Of a DNA stretch of 64,000 nt, positions 48,901 through 57,351 are shown piece after piece. The DNA lies in the NCBI GenBank assembly GCA_963782055.1, contig CAWAIF010000003.1, positions 2,624,001 to 2,688,000 of the forward strand, read 5' to 3'. A model generated the notes under the pieces. It was not told where the DNA came from. It was given only the letters and a program-made list of their open reading frames with translations, and did no database searches. Source of the stretch: an uncultured delta proteobacterium. GTDB taxonomy: Bacteria > Myxococcota_A > Polyangia > Polyangiales > Polyangiaceae. Positions within the stretch are counted from its first letter, which is position 1. The number at the start of each line of letters is the position of its first letter. The translations under genes were made by a program, and so were the position numbers.

Positions 48901-49882
48901 CGAGCACCTCCCGCCCTTCGGGACGGAGCTCCGGCTCCGGGCGGAGCAGCCACGCGCAGAGCTCGCTCAGGTCCGCCGGGAGGCCGGGCAGCAGCAGGCG
49001 CGGCGCCGGGGGCGTCTGCAGCGTCTTCTGGATGTACAGCTCCACGTGGCTCGAGGCGCCGGCGAAGGGCAGTCGTCCGGTCAGGATCTCGTAGAGCATC
49101 ACCCCGAGCGCGTACCAGTCGGAGGCCGGGCCCACCTCGCCGCCGGTCATCTGCTCGGGGGACATGTACGTCGGGGTGCCGCTGAGCGCCGACGAGCGCG
49201 TCTCTTCCCCGACGCGCCGCGCCAGCCCGAAGTCCACCACCACCACGTCGCCCTCGCCACGCACCAGCACGTTGCTCGGCTTGACGTCGCCGTGCCAGAG
49301 GCCCGCGTCATGGAGGGCGAGCACACCCCGGGCGAGCGCGCCGAACGCCTCGCGCACCGTCTCGATGGGTCGCGTCGGCGGTGCGACGCTGCCAGAGTCG
49401 AGGAGGTGCGGCGGCGTGGCCTCGTCGAGCGCCGGGTCGTGCTCGCGCATCGTCGGCATCTCGTGCCGCAGCGTGAGCCGTATGCCGCGCACATCCAGAT
49501 CCTGCCCGCGCGCCCACCGCCGGAAGTCGATCCCCTCGATCCGTTCCATGGCGAAGAACCACAGGCCGTCCTCGCAGCCCAGCTCGTAGACCGGGGCGAG
49601 GTTGGGGTGCGACAGGTCCGCGACCGTCCGGAACTCGCGCTTCAGCCGCACGCCGGCCGCCGCGTCGGCCACCAGGATCGTCTTGAGGGCGACCCGCGCG
49701 TCGCGCTCCCGGTCGATGGCGTCGTGGACGGTCCCCATCCCGCCCCCGCCAAGGCGCCCCACCACCTCGTAGCGTCCGAGCGTGACCGGGTGCTCCGGGG
49801 TGGCCGCGAGGAGCTTCGCGAGGAGCGCCTCGGCGGCGATGCTGCTCGCGTCGTCGTCGCCTTGCTCTGCGGCGGTCGCCAT
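45953..49882 (-). CDS. Ser/Thr protein kinase - AAA/STAND ATPase - helical repeat protein
   Basis: GGGGMG, HGDVKPSN, DFG; FVGR, GASGIGKS, IDDLQWAD, GVPFF, HDRIRE. Confidence 0.92.
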   Translation of the reverse strand: MATAAEQGDDDASSIAAEALLAKLLAATPEHPVTLGRYEVVGRLGGGGMGTVHDAIDRERDARVALKTILVADAAAGVRLKREFRTVADLSHPNLAPVYELGCEDGLWFFAMERIEGIDFRRWARGQDLDVRGIRLTLRHEMPTMREHDPALDEATPPHLLDSGSVAPPTRPIETVREAFGALARGVLALHDAGLWHGDVKPSNVLVRGEGDVVVVDFGLARRVGEETRSSALSGTPTYMSPEQMTGGEVGPASDWYALGVMLYEILTGRLPFAGASSHVELYIQKTLQTPPAPRLLLPGLPADLSELCAWLLRPEPELRPEGREVLAILTKGAGGGLGATGRAPRSVFVGRTQELATLARAFERTREGRLTVAHVRGASGIGKSAVVRSFVGGVRDMHQAEVFSGRCYERESVPYKAFDGIVDQLAERLLEAQRSEGAARLDVDALLPAWTGELMNVFPALSVVPAIAARAAHAPARDAMKLRRRAWTALRELLESLARVRRRSIVLAIDDLQWADADSAGLLESLVREPREMPLLLVASFRPEEALRNDALAGYLAFARELDAHGALVDLPALALPHEDAEALARATLAALGEAASPSRVRDLAEEAAGVPFFIEELARFATHDTPRSAEMSLEGAIATRLRALPRDQRALLEVVAVADSPVAQSVAFAAAGLDPEALPALLSLRSASLLGSTGPGADDRVATYHDRIRESVLASLDTGARRAHHLALARALTARHAASDGEPAGAWVFDTVRHLGAAASLITDPAERLAAAKLHLQAGGAARGGAAFPLAFTCFERGIALLPDPQNAWRDEYALALGLHAGAAETAYLCAEWDALAPHIAEVKAHGRTVMDQLVAWEVEIDAFIGRHDYASAVNTASEVLELLGVRLPKDPGEAEVGAAFTAALKSLTRVGPAGLAAMPDVDDPQVVAAMRVQVRVSPAAYFGRPMLLPVLAANLVTTSVERGLAPATPYAIALLGIVLNTLGMYPVSHEWGQLAVKLVDRWEDRSLEAATRHVVYNLVCPWMVPLHTILAPLREVFDIGRRTGDLEYASYAAHGYVHNAMYAGRPLAPLLAEATQLGEQMRALGQVNALHVHAPFEQLLRCLTGQMADPSRLDDAGFDEASLLAQAEQEGSRSGIYVLRVVMGLARYHFGRAREASACFETARDYLDAAPSVWHVPIMHQFAVLAASGAWDELSEAERQALRPRLEASLKALRDLSAHAPVNFAHRVSLVRGALRRIEGDREGALAHFAEAVTLAGEADWISDIALAHELAAECHPAGAAKRSERDAAREAYARWGAAGKVARLR

Positions 49883-50026
49883 TCCTCTCCCGGCCTCGGA
49901 CCTTCCCTGAAGAGACCCATTGTCGCACGGCGAGGGCGCGCGGTGGGGCGCGTCGTCGGGGGCCTGGAGAGCCGGTGTCGTACGGCGCCCCCGCGGGGGT
50001 CGGGCCTCTGGTACGCTTCCCGGGCC

Positions 50027-50443
50027 ATGCCGCGCGCGATCGCCGTCCTCCCGCTCTTCGCCGCGCTCCTCGCGGGGCCCGCGGCCCAGGCTCGACCGAC
50101 GCCGCCGCCGGATCACAAGCCTGCCGTCATCCCGCCGGCCAAGCGCCAGGAGGCGGCGATCGCCGCGCGCGTCCGCACCGTCCTGCAGGCCTTCCGCGGC
50201 AAGCCGGATGACGCCAGCACCTGGGCTCAGGCGCGGGCCGCCGTCGGCAACACCCTCTTGGAGCTGTGGCGCTCCGGCGTGCTCAAGGGCAACAAGGCCA
50301 GCCTGGCGTACACCGTCGCGTGCGGGGGAGGCGCGACGATGACGCAGAACGACATCAACCTGAAGCGCCTGGTCGTGGTCTACGGCGTGGCGCTGCAGAA
50401 GCCGGCGGAGTTCTCGTACACCGTGGTGAGCCTGGTCCTGTAG
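50027..50443 (+). CDS. Exported protein consisting of a contractile tail-sheath C-terminal domain
   Basis: Sec-type signal MPRAIAVLPLFAALLAGPAAQA; then KPDDASTWAQAR...LWRSGVLKG...AYTVACG...TMTQNDI...VYGVALQKPAEF, matching the sheath pattern EPND..W...LWRxG...T.T..DI...G.A..KPAEF. Confidence 0.82.
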   Translation: MPRAIAVLPLFAALLAGPAAQARPTPPPDHKPAVIPPAKRQEAAIAARVRTVLQAFRGKPDDASTWAQARAAVGNTLLELWRSGVLKGNKASLAYTVACGGGATMTQNDINLKRLVVVYGVALQKPAEFSYTVVSLVL

Positions 50444-50452
50444 GGAGGGGCC

Positions 50453-50722
50453 CTACCTCGCCAGCATGAACATCCGCTCGGCGAAGACCGCGACCTGATG
50501 ACCCATCCACGGTCCGGCCACCACCAGCGCCACGACCACCGCCAGGATGCGGGGCAGGTGCGAGATCGTCGGGTCCTGGATCTGCGAGGCCGCCTGGAAC
50601 GCCGCCACCACCAGCCCGACCAGCGCCGCCACGCCGACGGCGGGCAGGGACACCGCGAGCGAGAGGATGAGCGCCTCCTGCCCGTGCTGCACCAGCGCGG
50701 CCGCGTGCGGGGCCATCGTCAC
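50453..50722 (-). CDS. fliQ: Type III export apparatus small subunit FliQ/SctS
   Basis: VGLVVAAFQAASQIQDPTISHLPRIL...GPWM; two hydrophobic segments; start GTG 50722 or ATG 50716. Confidence 0.88.
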   Translation of the reverse strand: MTMAPHAAALVQHGQEALILSLAVSLPAVGVAALVGLVVAAFQAASQIQDPTISHLPRILAVVVALVVAGPWMGHQVAVFAERMFMLAR

Positions 50723-51159
50723 TCCGAGGCCGCGTCGGACGCCGCGTCGCCACCGCCGGCGTCGCTCGCCGCGTCGCCCGTCGTCGCGTCGCCGCTGCCG
50801 GCGTCGGAGGCCGCGTCCCCGCCGCCGCTGTCGCTCGATGTCGCGTCGGGCACGCCGGTGTCGGGCAAGCTGGCGTCGCTGCCGGGGGAGAGCGGGTTGA
50901 GCTTGCAGATGTCGGTCGTCGCCTGCGAGCGGTCCGGCGGGCAGCAGATGTCGGCGCTGCTGTTGTTGACGCCCGCCTCGGTCACGATGGTGATCTGACC
51001 GCCGGGCGTGCAGATGAGGCCGTTGTCGCAGTCGTCGTTGTTGTTGTTGGTCTCGCAGCGCTCGCCCTCTCCGTGGGTGGCGCACGACGCCGTCGGCACG
51101 ATGACCACGAAGCCGACGGCGGCGATCGCAAGGAAAAATAGGCGCGAGGGCTTCCGCAT
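50719..51159 (-). CDS. Cys-rich lipoprotein with a low-complexity DA-rich tail
   Basis: TASC lipobox-like site; GEGERC...DDCDNGLIC...ICCP. Confidence 0.75.
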   Translation of the reverse strand: MRKPSRLFFLAIAAVGFVVIVPTASCATHGEGERCETNNNNDDCDNGLICTPGGQITIVTEAGVNNSSADICCPPDRSQATTDICKLNPLSPGSDASLPDTGVPDATSSDSGGGDAASDAGSGDATTGDAASDAGGGDAASDAASE

Positions 51160-51279
51160 CGGCGGCAAAGCTCCCACGAAGCGCCGCGCGTGGCTAGGGG
51201 GAAAGTTGCCGGCCCCGGCTGGATCTCGCCGGCGCGTGCCGCTACAGTGCCGCCCCCGTCCACAAGAGGAGTCCCGACG

Positions 51280-52044
51280 ATGAAGCTCTCGGATCTGAAG
51301 ATCGTGGTCACCGGCGCGGCCGGTGGCATGGGCCGTCACTTCGCGCTGCGCCTCGCCGAGGCTGGCGCCCACGTCGCCATCGGCGACGTCAACGAGGCCG
51401 GGCTGACCGAGACCGCCGGCATGGCCAAGGGCCCCGGCAAGGTGCACGCCCGCAAGCTGAACGTCGCCGACGAGGCGGAGGTGGGCGCGTTCGTCGCGTG
51501 GGCGCACGAGGCCATGGGCGGCCTCAACGGCCTCATCAACAACGCCGGCATCCTGCGCGACGGCCTGCTCGTGAAGAAGGACCGCGAGACCGGCCAGATC
51601 AAGCGACTCACCAAGGAGCAGTGGGACGCGGTCATCGCCGTCAACCTCACCGGCGCCGTGCTCATGGTGCGCGAGGTGGTCGCCAAGATGGTGGAGACGG
51701 GGCAGAAGCCGGGCGTCGTCGTCAACATGTCCAGCGTCGCGCGGCATGGCAACCGGGGCCAGTCCAACTACACCGCGGCGAAGGCCGCCCTCGCCGCCGA
51801 CACCGTGACGTGGTGCCGGGAGTTCGCGCCCTTCGGCATCCGCGTCGGCGCGGTCGCGCCCGGCATGGTGGAGACGCCCATGACGCAGGGGATGAACCAG
51901 AAGGCGCGCGACGCGCTGGTCACCGCCATCCCGGTCGGTCGCATCGGCTTGCCGGAGGACCTCTGGCTGGCCGTGCGCTTCGTCCTGGAGTGCGACTACT
52001 TCAACGGCCGCACGATCGACGTCGACGGCGGCCTGAGCATGTGA
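51280..52044 (+). CDS. Short-chain dehydrogenase/reductase (FabG-like)
   Basis: TGAAGGMG, NNAGILRD, NYTAAK, VDGG. Confidence 0.93.
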   Translation: MKLSDLKIVVTGAAGGMGRHFALRLAEAGAHVAIGDVNEAGLTETAGMAKGPGKVHARKLNVADEAEVGAFVAWAHEAMGGLNGLINNAGILRDGLLVKKDRETGQIKRLTKEQWDAVIAVNLTGAVLMVREVVAKMVETGQKPGVVVNMSSVARHGNRGQSNYTAAKAALAADTVTWCREFAPFGIRVGAVAPGMVETPMTQGMNQKARDALVTAIPVGRIGLPEDLWLAVRFVLECDYFNGRTIDVDGGLSM

Positions 52045-52055
52045 CGCCTCACCAG

Positions 52056-53183
52056 CTACTTGGGGGCCTTCATGACGAAGCCGTCGTTCAGGTTGCTGCT
52101 GTTGCCGTAGTCCGTCCAGTAGACGAAGGCGCTGTCGACAGCGACGAACTTGGGGACGTTCTGCTTGGTCGCGAAGTCGGTGGGCGTGCACTGGGCGAGT
52201 GAGCACTTGCGCACGATGCCGTCGGAGAGCTGGAAGTTGCCGCTGGCGACCCAGTACAGGTCGGTGGTGTCGGAGGTGATGCCGAAGGGATAGTGCTCCT
52301 GCAGCGCGACGGGGGACGTGCCGGCGTCGAAACCGGAGGTCTCCACGTAGGAGACCTTCCCCGGGTCGGCGAGGTTGGTCCAGTACAGCTTGCTCCCGGC
52401 CAGCGTCAGCCCGTAGGCGGGGGCCGGCGCGCCGGGCGCGGTGACGGTGACCGGTGTCCCGCCGCCGACGGGCACGCGCACGACCTCTCCGGTGTCGAGC
52501 GCGACGTAGACGTTGCCGCCCGTGACGACGAGGCCCTCGGCGTCGTCGGAGAAATCCGCCAGGTGCTGCGGCGTGCCGCTCGAGGCCGTCTTGTCGATCC
52601 GGTACAGATCGCCGGGGCCGTACTCGGTGAAGTAGACGTAGTTGCCGTCGACCGCGACGTAGTTGGGGGTCCCGGTGCCGTAGCCGCAGAGGGCGGTGGG
52701 CGCGTTCTGGCAGCCAGCCTTGTCGCAGCGGAAGATGGTGTCGACGGAGTTCCAGTAGAGGTAGGTGCCGTCCTGGGTGATGGAGCGCGGCCCGTAGCCC
52801 GCGGAGTTGTTGCCGTCGGCCATGGGGATGGCGCCGGAGCCGTCGACCTTGCTCGCGCGCATGACGCGGCTGGTGAGCGACTCGGTCCAGTAGACGTAGG
52901 TGTCGTCGACGATGATGTCCCACGGGCGGATGCCGGAGGCCAGCACGACGGGACCGCCGCCGCCGTCGCCGCCGTCCGACGCGGTGGCGTCGTCGCCGGT
53001 GTCGGGTGTGGCATCGCCGGTCGAGCCGGAGTCGCCCGCGTCGCCGCCGTCGGTCTGCGAGGTGGAGCCGTCGCCGCCGATGGTGTCGTCGACGGTGGGC
53101 TCCTGCAGGCCGAGGAGGCCGGAGCAGGCGAACAGGCCAGCCGAACCGGCGAGGGCGGCGAGGAGGAAGAGGGAGCGGCGCAT
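52056..53183 (-). CDS. Beta-propeller (YWT-repeat) lipoprotein
   Basis: LFAC lipobox; repeated IxVDxxYVYWT blades. Confidence 0.85.
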   Translation of the reverse strand: MRRSLFLLAALAGSAGLFACSGLLGLQEPTVDDTIGGDGSTSQTDGGDAGDSGSTGDATPDTGDDATASDGGDGGGGPVVLASGIRPWDIIVDDTYVYWTESLTSRVMRASKVDGSGAIPMADGNNSAGYGPRSITQDGTYLYWNSVDTIFRCDKAGCQNAPTALCGYGTGTPNYVAVDGNYVYFTEYGPGDLYRIDKTASSGTPQHLADFSDDAEGLVVTGGNVYVALDTGEVVRVPVGGGTPVTVTAPGAPAPAYGLTLAGSKLYWTNLADPGKVSYVETSGFDAGTSPVALQEHYPFGITSDTTDLYWVASGNFQLSDGIVRKCSLAQCTPTDFATKQNVPKFVAVDSAFVYWTDYGNSSNLNDGFVMKAPK

Positions 53184-54151
53184 CAGAAGGCACCTCCGAG
53201 GGTCACGCCGAGCGGGCCGCCCGCCGAGCCGGGCCGGACGTTCAGCGAGGCGGCCTCTCTGGTGTGGGCCTTCGGCGCGAGGAAGAAGACCACCGCGCCG
53301 CCGGCGACGAGCGCGGCGCCGGCGATGATGGCGACCGTCGAGATGGTGCCGGCCGTCATCGCGTCGTCCACCAGGGCCTTGCCCGCGGTGTTGCAGCGCG
53401 AGAAGTCGGGCAGGCAGAGGCTCGGGTCGCTCGCCTGGTTCTTCTTGTCGATGGCCACCGCGCCGAAGACGCCGCCGACGACCAGGCCCACCAGGCCCGC
53501 GCCGGCGATGGCCGCGCCCGCGATGCGCTGCCCGGTGCCGCTGCTTCCCCTCGCGGCGCCGCCCGGGCTCGCCTGCTCACCCGGGACCTCGGCCAGCGCG
53601 GGGATGGTGACCGACTCCTTCGCGCCGCCCGCGGTGACGTTGACGTCGGTGTGGAAGCTCTCGCGGCCCGGGGCGCCCGCGTCGATGACGTGCCGCCCCG
53701 GATCGACCGGGATGGCGACGTTGTAGCTGCCGGCCTCCAGCACCGCGCCATCGCGCTTGATCTGCAGACCATCCACCGGATCCTTCACCACGACGGTGAG
53801 CCGGCTGAGGGTGGGCTCGAGCTCCTTGGCCTTCGCCCGCGCCTTCTCCGCCCAGTCGGGGTGGCGATCCTGCGAGGCGGTGGCCGCGTCGGTGTAGGTC
53901 ACCCACGCGCTCGCCGTCTGGCCGTTGTGCTCGTAGCACGCGGCGAGGTTGAGGAGGGTGCCCGCGCCGGGGTCCAGCTTCTGGCTGCTCTCCAGCTTGG
54001 GACAGGCGGCGGCGAAGTCGCCCTTGTCCATGAGCTGGCGGCCCTCCTCGAAGAGCGTCTGCGCGGCCGCCTTGTTGTCGGCGCCGCCGGCGTGGGCGAG
54101 GGCGGGAGCCAGGAGCAAGGCGCAAGCGAGTGCGAGGTGGCGAGCTCTCAT
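53183..54151 (-). CDS. Exported TPR + PEGA-like protein
   Basis: Signal peptide; AAAQTLFEEGR...GTLLNLAACYE TPR; VDPGRHVI; hydrophobic hairpin; ends GVTLGGAF. Confidence 0.85.
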   Translation of the reverse strand: MRARHLALACALLLAPALAHAGGADNKAAAQTLFEEGRQLMDKGDFAAACPKLESSQKLDPGAGTLLNLAACYEHNGQTASAWVTYTDAATASQDRHPDWAEKARAKAKELEPTLSRLTVVVKDPVDGLQIKRDGAVLEAGSYNVAIPVDPGRHVIDAGAPGRESFHTDVNVTAGGAKESVTIPALAEVPGEQASPGGAARGSSGTGQRIAGAAIAGAGLVGLVVGGVFGAVAIDKKNQASDPSLCLPDFSRCNTAGKALVDDAMTAGTISTVAIIAGAALVAGGAVVFFLAPKAHTREAASLNVRPGSAGGPLGVTLGGAF

Positions 54152-54195
54152 CGGAGGCAGGAGGATACAAGAAGCGGCCGGGCCGCGCCCCGACT

Positions 54196-55722
54196 TCAGT
54201 TGCGCGTGCTGGGCAGCAGATCGCCGCCGCCCGTCGCGGTCGTCGTGGCGGAGGGGACCGGCGCAGTCCTCGCGCCGGCGTCGGGTTTCGCGGCCACGCG
54301 GGGCTTGGCGCCGGCGGTCTCGTGATGGGGGGGGTGGTGTAGCCCGAGCTCCGGCGGGGGCGGGTGATCCGGCCCGTTCACCAGCGGCGGCGTATCGGGA
54401 TCCCGCGTGCTCGGCGTGGGCACGACGAGCGGCGGGGGCGCAGGGGTCGTCGCCGGCGGCGCCGGGACGGTGGACTGCGTCGGTGCGGGGGGAGGGGGGG
54501 CCGTGGGGCTCCCGGTCGCCGTTTTCCCGTGGAAGGCGAAGAAGCCACCGGCCGCGGCGCCCATGGCGACCAGCACCCCGGCCACGAAGGGCCACGCGGC
54601 GCGGCGGCGTGTCGACGGAGCCGCCTCGGCGACCTGCGTCTTGTCCCACGCGACGTCGGTGCTGTTGCCCGCCACGCGCAGCGACGGGCGGTCCGGCGGG
54701 GGAGGGACGTCGCTCAGGATGGTCTTCTCGTTGCCGGTGATCTTGCCGGGGTCCGTGGCGCCGCCTGTCGTGCTCAGCCGCGGGCCGCTGCCGGTCGTCG
54801 CGAGCACCGCGCCGGACACGCTCGCCGCGGCGACCGCCGAGGCGAAGGGGACGAGGGCGTCCACCAGATCGGCCACGGTGGCGAAGCGATCCTCGCGCGA
54901 CTTCTCGAGGCACTTGAGGATCACCGCCTCCAGCGCGCGCGGCAGGTCCGGCCGCAGCTGGGAGGGTGGGCGCGGGGCGTCGGCGATCACCATCGCGGTG
55001 AGCTGCGTGACCGACTCGGCGGGGAAGGGGACGCGGCCGGTGAGGAGCTCGTAGAGGATGGCCCCGAGGGCCCAGATGTCGGTGCGCGCGTCCACGTCGC
55101 GCGCGGAGCGGAGCTGCTCGGGCGACATGTAGTTGGGCGAGCCCATCACCTGCGTGGTGCTGGTGAGGGACATGTCCCCCGCCTCGTCCATCATCTTGGA
55201 GATGCCGAAGTCCAGCACCTTCACGACCTGCTTGCCCCCGAGCTTCTCGGTGAGAAACAGGTTCTTCGGCTTGAGGTCGCGGTGGACGATGCCGAGGGAG
55301 TGCGCCTCGGCGACCGCCTCGCACGCCTGCATCACGAAGTCGACGGCGAGCTGAACGGGCAGCGGGCCCTGGCGCTCGAGGTGGTGATCGAGGTCGTTGC
55401 CCTCCAGGAACTCCATGACCATGTACGGCGCGCCGTCGTCCAGCTTGCCTACGTCGGTCACCTTGGCCACGTGGTCGCTCTTGAGGCGGACCGCCGCGCG
55501 GGCCTCTCGCTCGAAGCGGGCCACGTGCTCGGGGTGGGCCGTCGCCGGCCGGAACATGAACTTCAGCGCGACGAGCTGGCCGAGCTGCAGGTGCGTGGCC
55601 GCGACCACCACGCCCATGCCGCCCACGCCGAGCACGCGCTCCACGCGGAACTTGCCGCCGAGCACCTCGCCCGGCTGGACGGGATCCTGACTGTCCGGGG
55701 TGGCCTCGTCACCAGAGCGCAT
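54196..55722 (-). CDS. Membrane-anchored Ser/Thr protein kinase
   Basis: GVGGMG, HRDLKPKN, DFG, YMSPE; TM helix; Pro-rich extracytoplasmic tail. Confidence 0.94.
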   Translation of the reverse strand: MRSGDEATPDSQDPVQPGEVLGGKFRVERVLGVGGMGVVVAATHLQLGQLVALKFMFRPATAHPEHVARFEREARAAVRLKSDHVAKVTDVGKLDDGAPYMVMEFLEGNDLDHHLERQGPLPVQLAVDFVMQACEAVAEAHSLGIVHRDLKPKNLFLTEKLGGKQVVKVLDFGISKMMDEAGDMSLTSTTQVMGSPNYMSPEQLRSARDVDARTDIWALGAILYELLTGRVPFPAESVTQLTAMVIADAPRPPSQLRPDLPRALEAVILKCLEKSREDRFATVADLVDALVPFASAVAAASVSGAVLATTGSGPRLSTTGGATDPGKITGNEKTILSDVPPPPDRPSLRVAGNSTDVAWDKTQVAEAAPSTRRRAAWPFVAGVLVAMGAAAGGFFAFHGKTATGSPTAPPPPAPTQSTVPAPPATTPAPPPLVVPTPSTRDPDTPPLVNGPDHPPPPELGLHHPPHHETAGAKPRVAAKPDAGARTAPVPSATTTATGGGDLLPSTRN

Positions 55723-55810
55723 GGTTGCCGCCGCAGAACATTAGCAGAGCCTCGCCCATTGGACGAACGCCGGCCCGCAACAATCCAATCCTCGTCCCTG
55801 GCCGATCCGC

Positions 55811-56137
55811 TCAGGCGGCGGAGACGCCGGCGGCCCGCAGCTCCTTGGCCAGCTCGCCGGACTGGTGCATCTCGGTGACGATGTCGCACCCGCCCAGGAA
55901 CTTCCCCTTCACGTAGAGCTGGGGGATCGTCGGCCAGTTGGAGAACTCCTTGATTCCCTGGCGGATCTCCGGGTCGGAGAGGACGTTCACCGTCTCGAAG
56001 GGGACGCCCTCCCGCTTGAGCACCTCCACCACCGCGTTGGAGAAGCCGCACTGCGGAAAGCTCTTGGTGCCCTTCATGAAGAGGACCACGTCGCTCTTCT
56101 GGACGAGCTCCTGGATGCGCTGCTTGACGTCGCTCAT
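55811..56137 (-). CDS. grxD: Monothiol glutaredoxin Grx4
   Basis: [21 protein letters not shown]. Confidence 0.95.
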   Translation of the reverse strand: MSDVKQRIQELVQKSDVVLFMKGTKSFPQCGFSNAVVEVLKREGVPFETVNVLSDPEIRQGIKEFSNWPTIPQLYVKGKFLGGCDIVTEMHQSGELAKELRAAGVSAA

Positions 56138-56144
56138 GATGTCC

Positions 56145-56378
56145 TCAACCTTCCTTGGCGCGCGTGGTGAGCGCGAGGGCGTGGATGTCCTTCTGCATGT
56201 GGGGCCCCAGGGCGCCGTAGACGAGCTGGTGCTGCTCGATGCGGCTCTTGCCGCGAAACTGCGGCGCCACCACCGTGGCCTGGAAGTGATCGGCCGTGCC
56301 GGTGAGGTCCTGCACGTCGACCTCCGCCCCGGGCAGCGCCTGGAGCAGGATCTCGCGGATGCGGCGGGTCTCCATCAT
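56145..56378 (-). CDS. BolA/IbaG family protein
   Basis: [21 protein letters not shown]; adjacent to grxD. Confidence 0.92.
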   Translation of the reverse strand: MMETRRIREILLQALPGAEVDVQDLTGTADHFQATVVAPQFRGKSRIEQHQLVYGALGPHMQKDIHALALTTRAKEG

Positions 56379-56385
56379 GGAAGGG

Positions 56386-56416
56386 AATGTATTGAGGCGC
56401 GACGCCGCGCTGTCAA
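56386..56416 (-). promoter_or_regulatory. Putative sigma70 promoter of bolA-grxD
   Basis: Minus strand TTGACA-N19-TACATT, 7 nt before the ATG; the spacer is long. Confidence 0.45.
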
Positions 56417-57327
56417 GCCGCGCGCATGAGGCGCAGGAGCAGGGCCTTCTGGACGTGCAGGCGGTTCTCGGCCTGATCCCAGACGCGTGAGCGGGCGCCC
56501 TCGAAGGTCTCCTCGTCGATCTCCTCGCCGCGGTGGGCGGGCAGGCAGTGCAGCACGATGGCGTCCCGGGCGGCGGCGGCGAGCAGGGCTGTCGTCACCG
56601 TCCAGCCCTCGAAGGCGAGCTTGCGCCTGGCGACCTCTTCCTCCTGACCCATGCTCGTCCAGACGTCGGTGTTGACGACGTGCGCGCCCTTGACCGCGTC
56701 GAGCGCGCGCGTGGTGAAGCTCGCGTACCCCGCCTTCTCCGCGCGCTCCTTCTCCTGCCTCGGGGGGAAGTAGCCCTCCGGCGACGCCAAGGCGAGGTGG
56801 AAGCCGAAGAGCTCGGCCGCCTCGAGGAAGGAGCGCGCCATGTTGCTCGAGCCGTCCCCGACCCAGGCGACGCGCATGCCCTTGATGGATCGCCCGAGCT
56901 GCTCCTCGATGGTGAAGACGTCGCAGAGGACCTGCACGGGGTGGCCATCATCGGTGAGGGCGTTGAGGACCGGGACGCTGGCGTACTGCGCCATCTCTTC
57001 GAGGCGCGCGGTGGCGCTGGTGCGGAAGACGATGGCGTCGCAGTAGCGGGAGAGCACGCGTGCGGTGTCCTTCATCGGCTCGCCGCGGGCGAGCTGGCTG
57101 CCCTGCGTGGTGAGCACCACCGGGTGGCCGCCGAGCTGCGCGACGCCCACCTCGAAGGAGACGCGGGTGCGCGTGGAGGCCTTCTCCATCACGATCGCGA
57201 CGGCGCGGCCGGCGAGGGCGTGGAGGCGCATGCCGCGCGGCTCCGCCTTGAGCGCCCCGGCGAGGGCGAGGGTCTCGCGCGCGACGTCGTGGGAGAGATC
57301 GGAGAGGCGGAGGAAGTCGCGGTTCAT
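56413..57327 (-). CDS. argF: Ornithine carbamoyltransferase
   Basis: STRTRVSF, HPVQ, DVWTSMG, HCLP, QAENR. Confidence 0.95.
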   Translation of the reverse strand: MNRDFLRLSDLSHDVARETLALAGALKAEPRGMRLHALAGRAVAIVMEKASTRTRVSFEVGVAQLGGHPVVLTTQGSQLARGEPMKDTARVLSRYCDAIVFRTSATARLEEMAQYASVPVLNALTDDGHPVQVLCDVFTIEEQLGRSIKGMRVAWVGDGSSNMARSFLEAAELFGFHLALASPEGYFPPRQEKERAEKAGYASFTTRALDAVKGAHVVNTDVWTSMGQEEEVARRKLAFEGWTVTTALLAAAARDAIVLHCLPAHRGEEIDEETFEGARSRVWDQAENRLHVQKALLLRLMRAA

Positions 57328-57351
57328 GGCGGGAGTCTTATCATGCCCCTG

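Noticed and set aside
49900..50460. Prophage or eCIS locus around the sheath-like gene
   Set aside because: No integrase, capsid, tube, baseplate or spike genes nearby; the flanks are ordinary chromosomal genes
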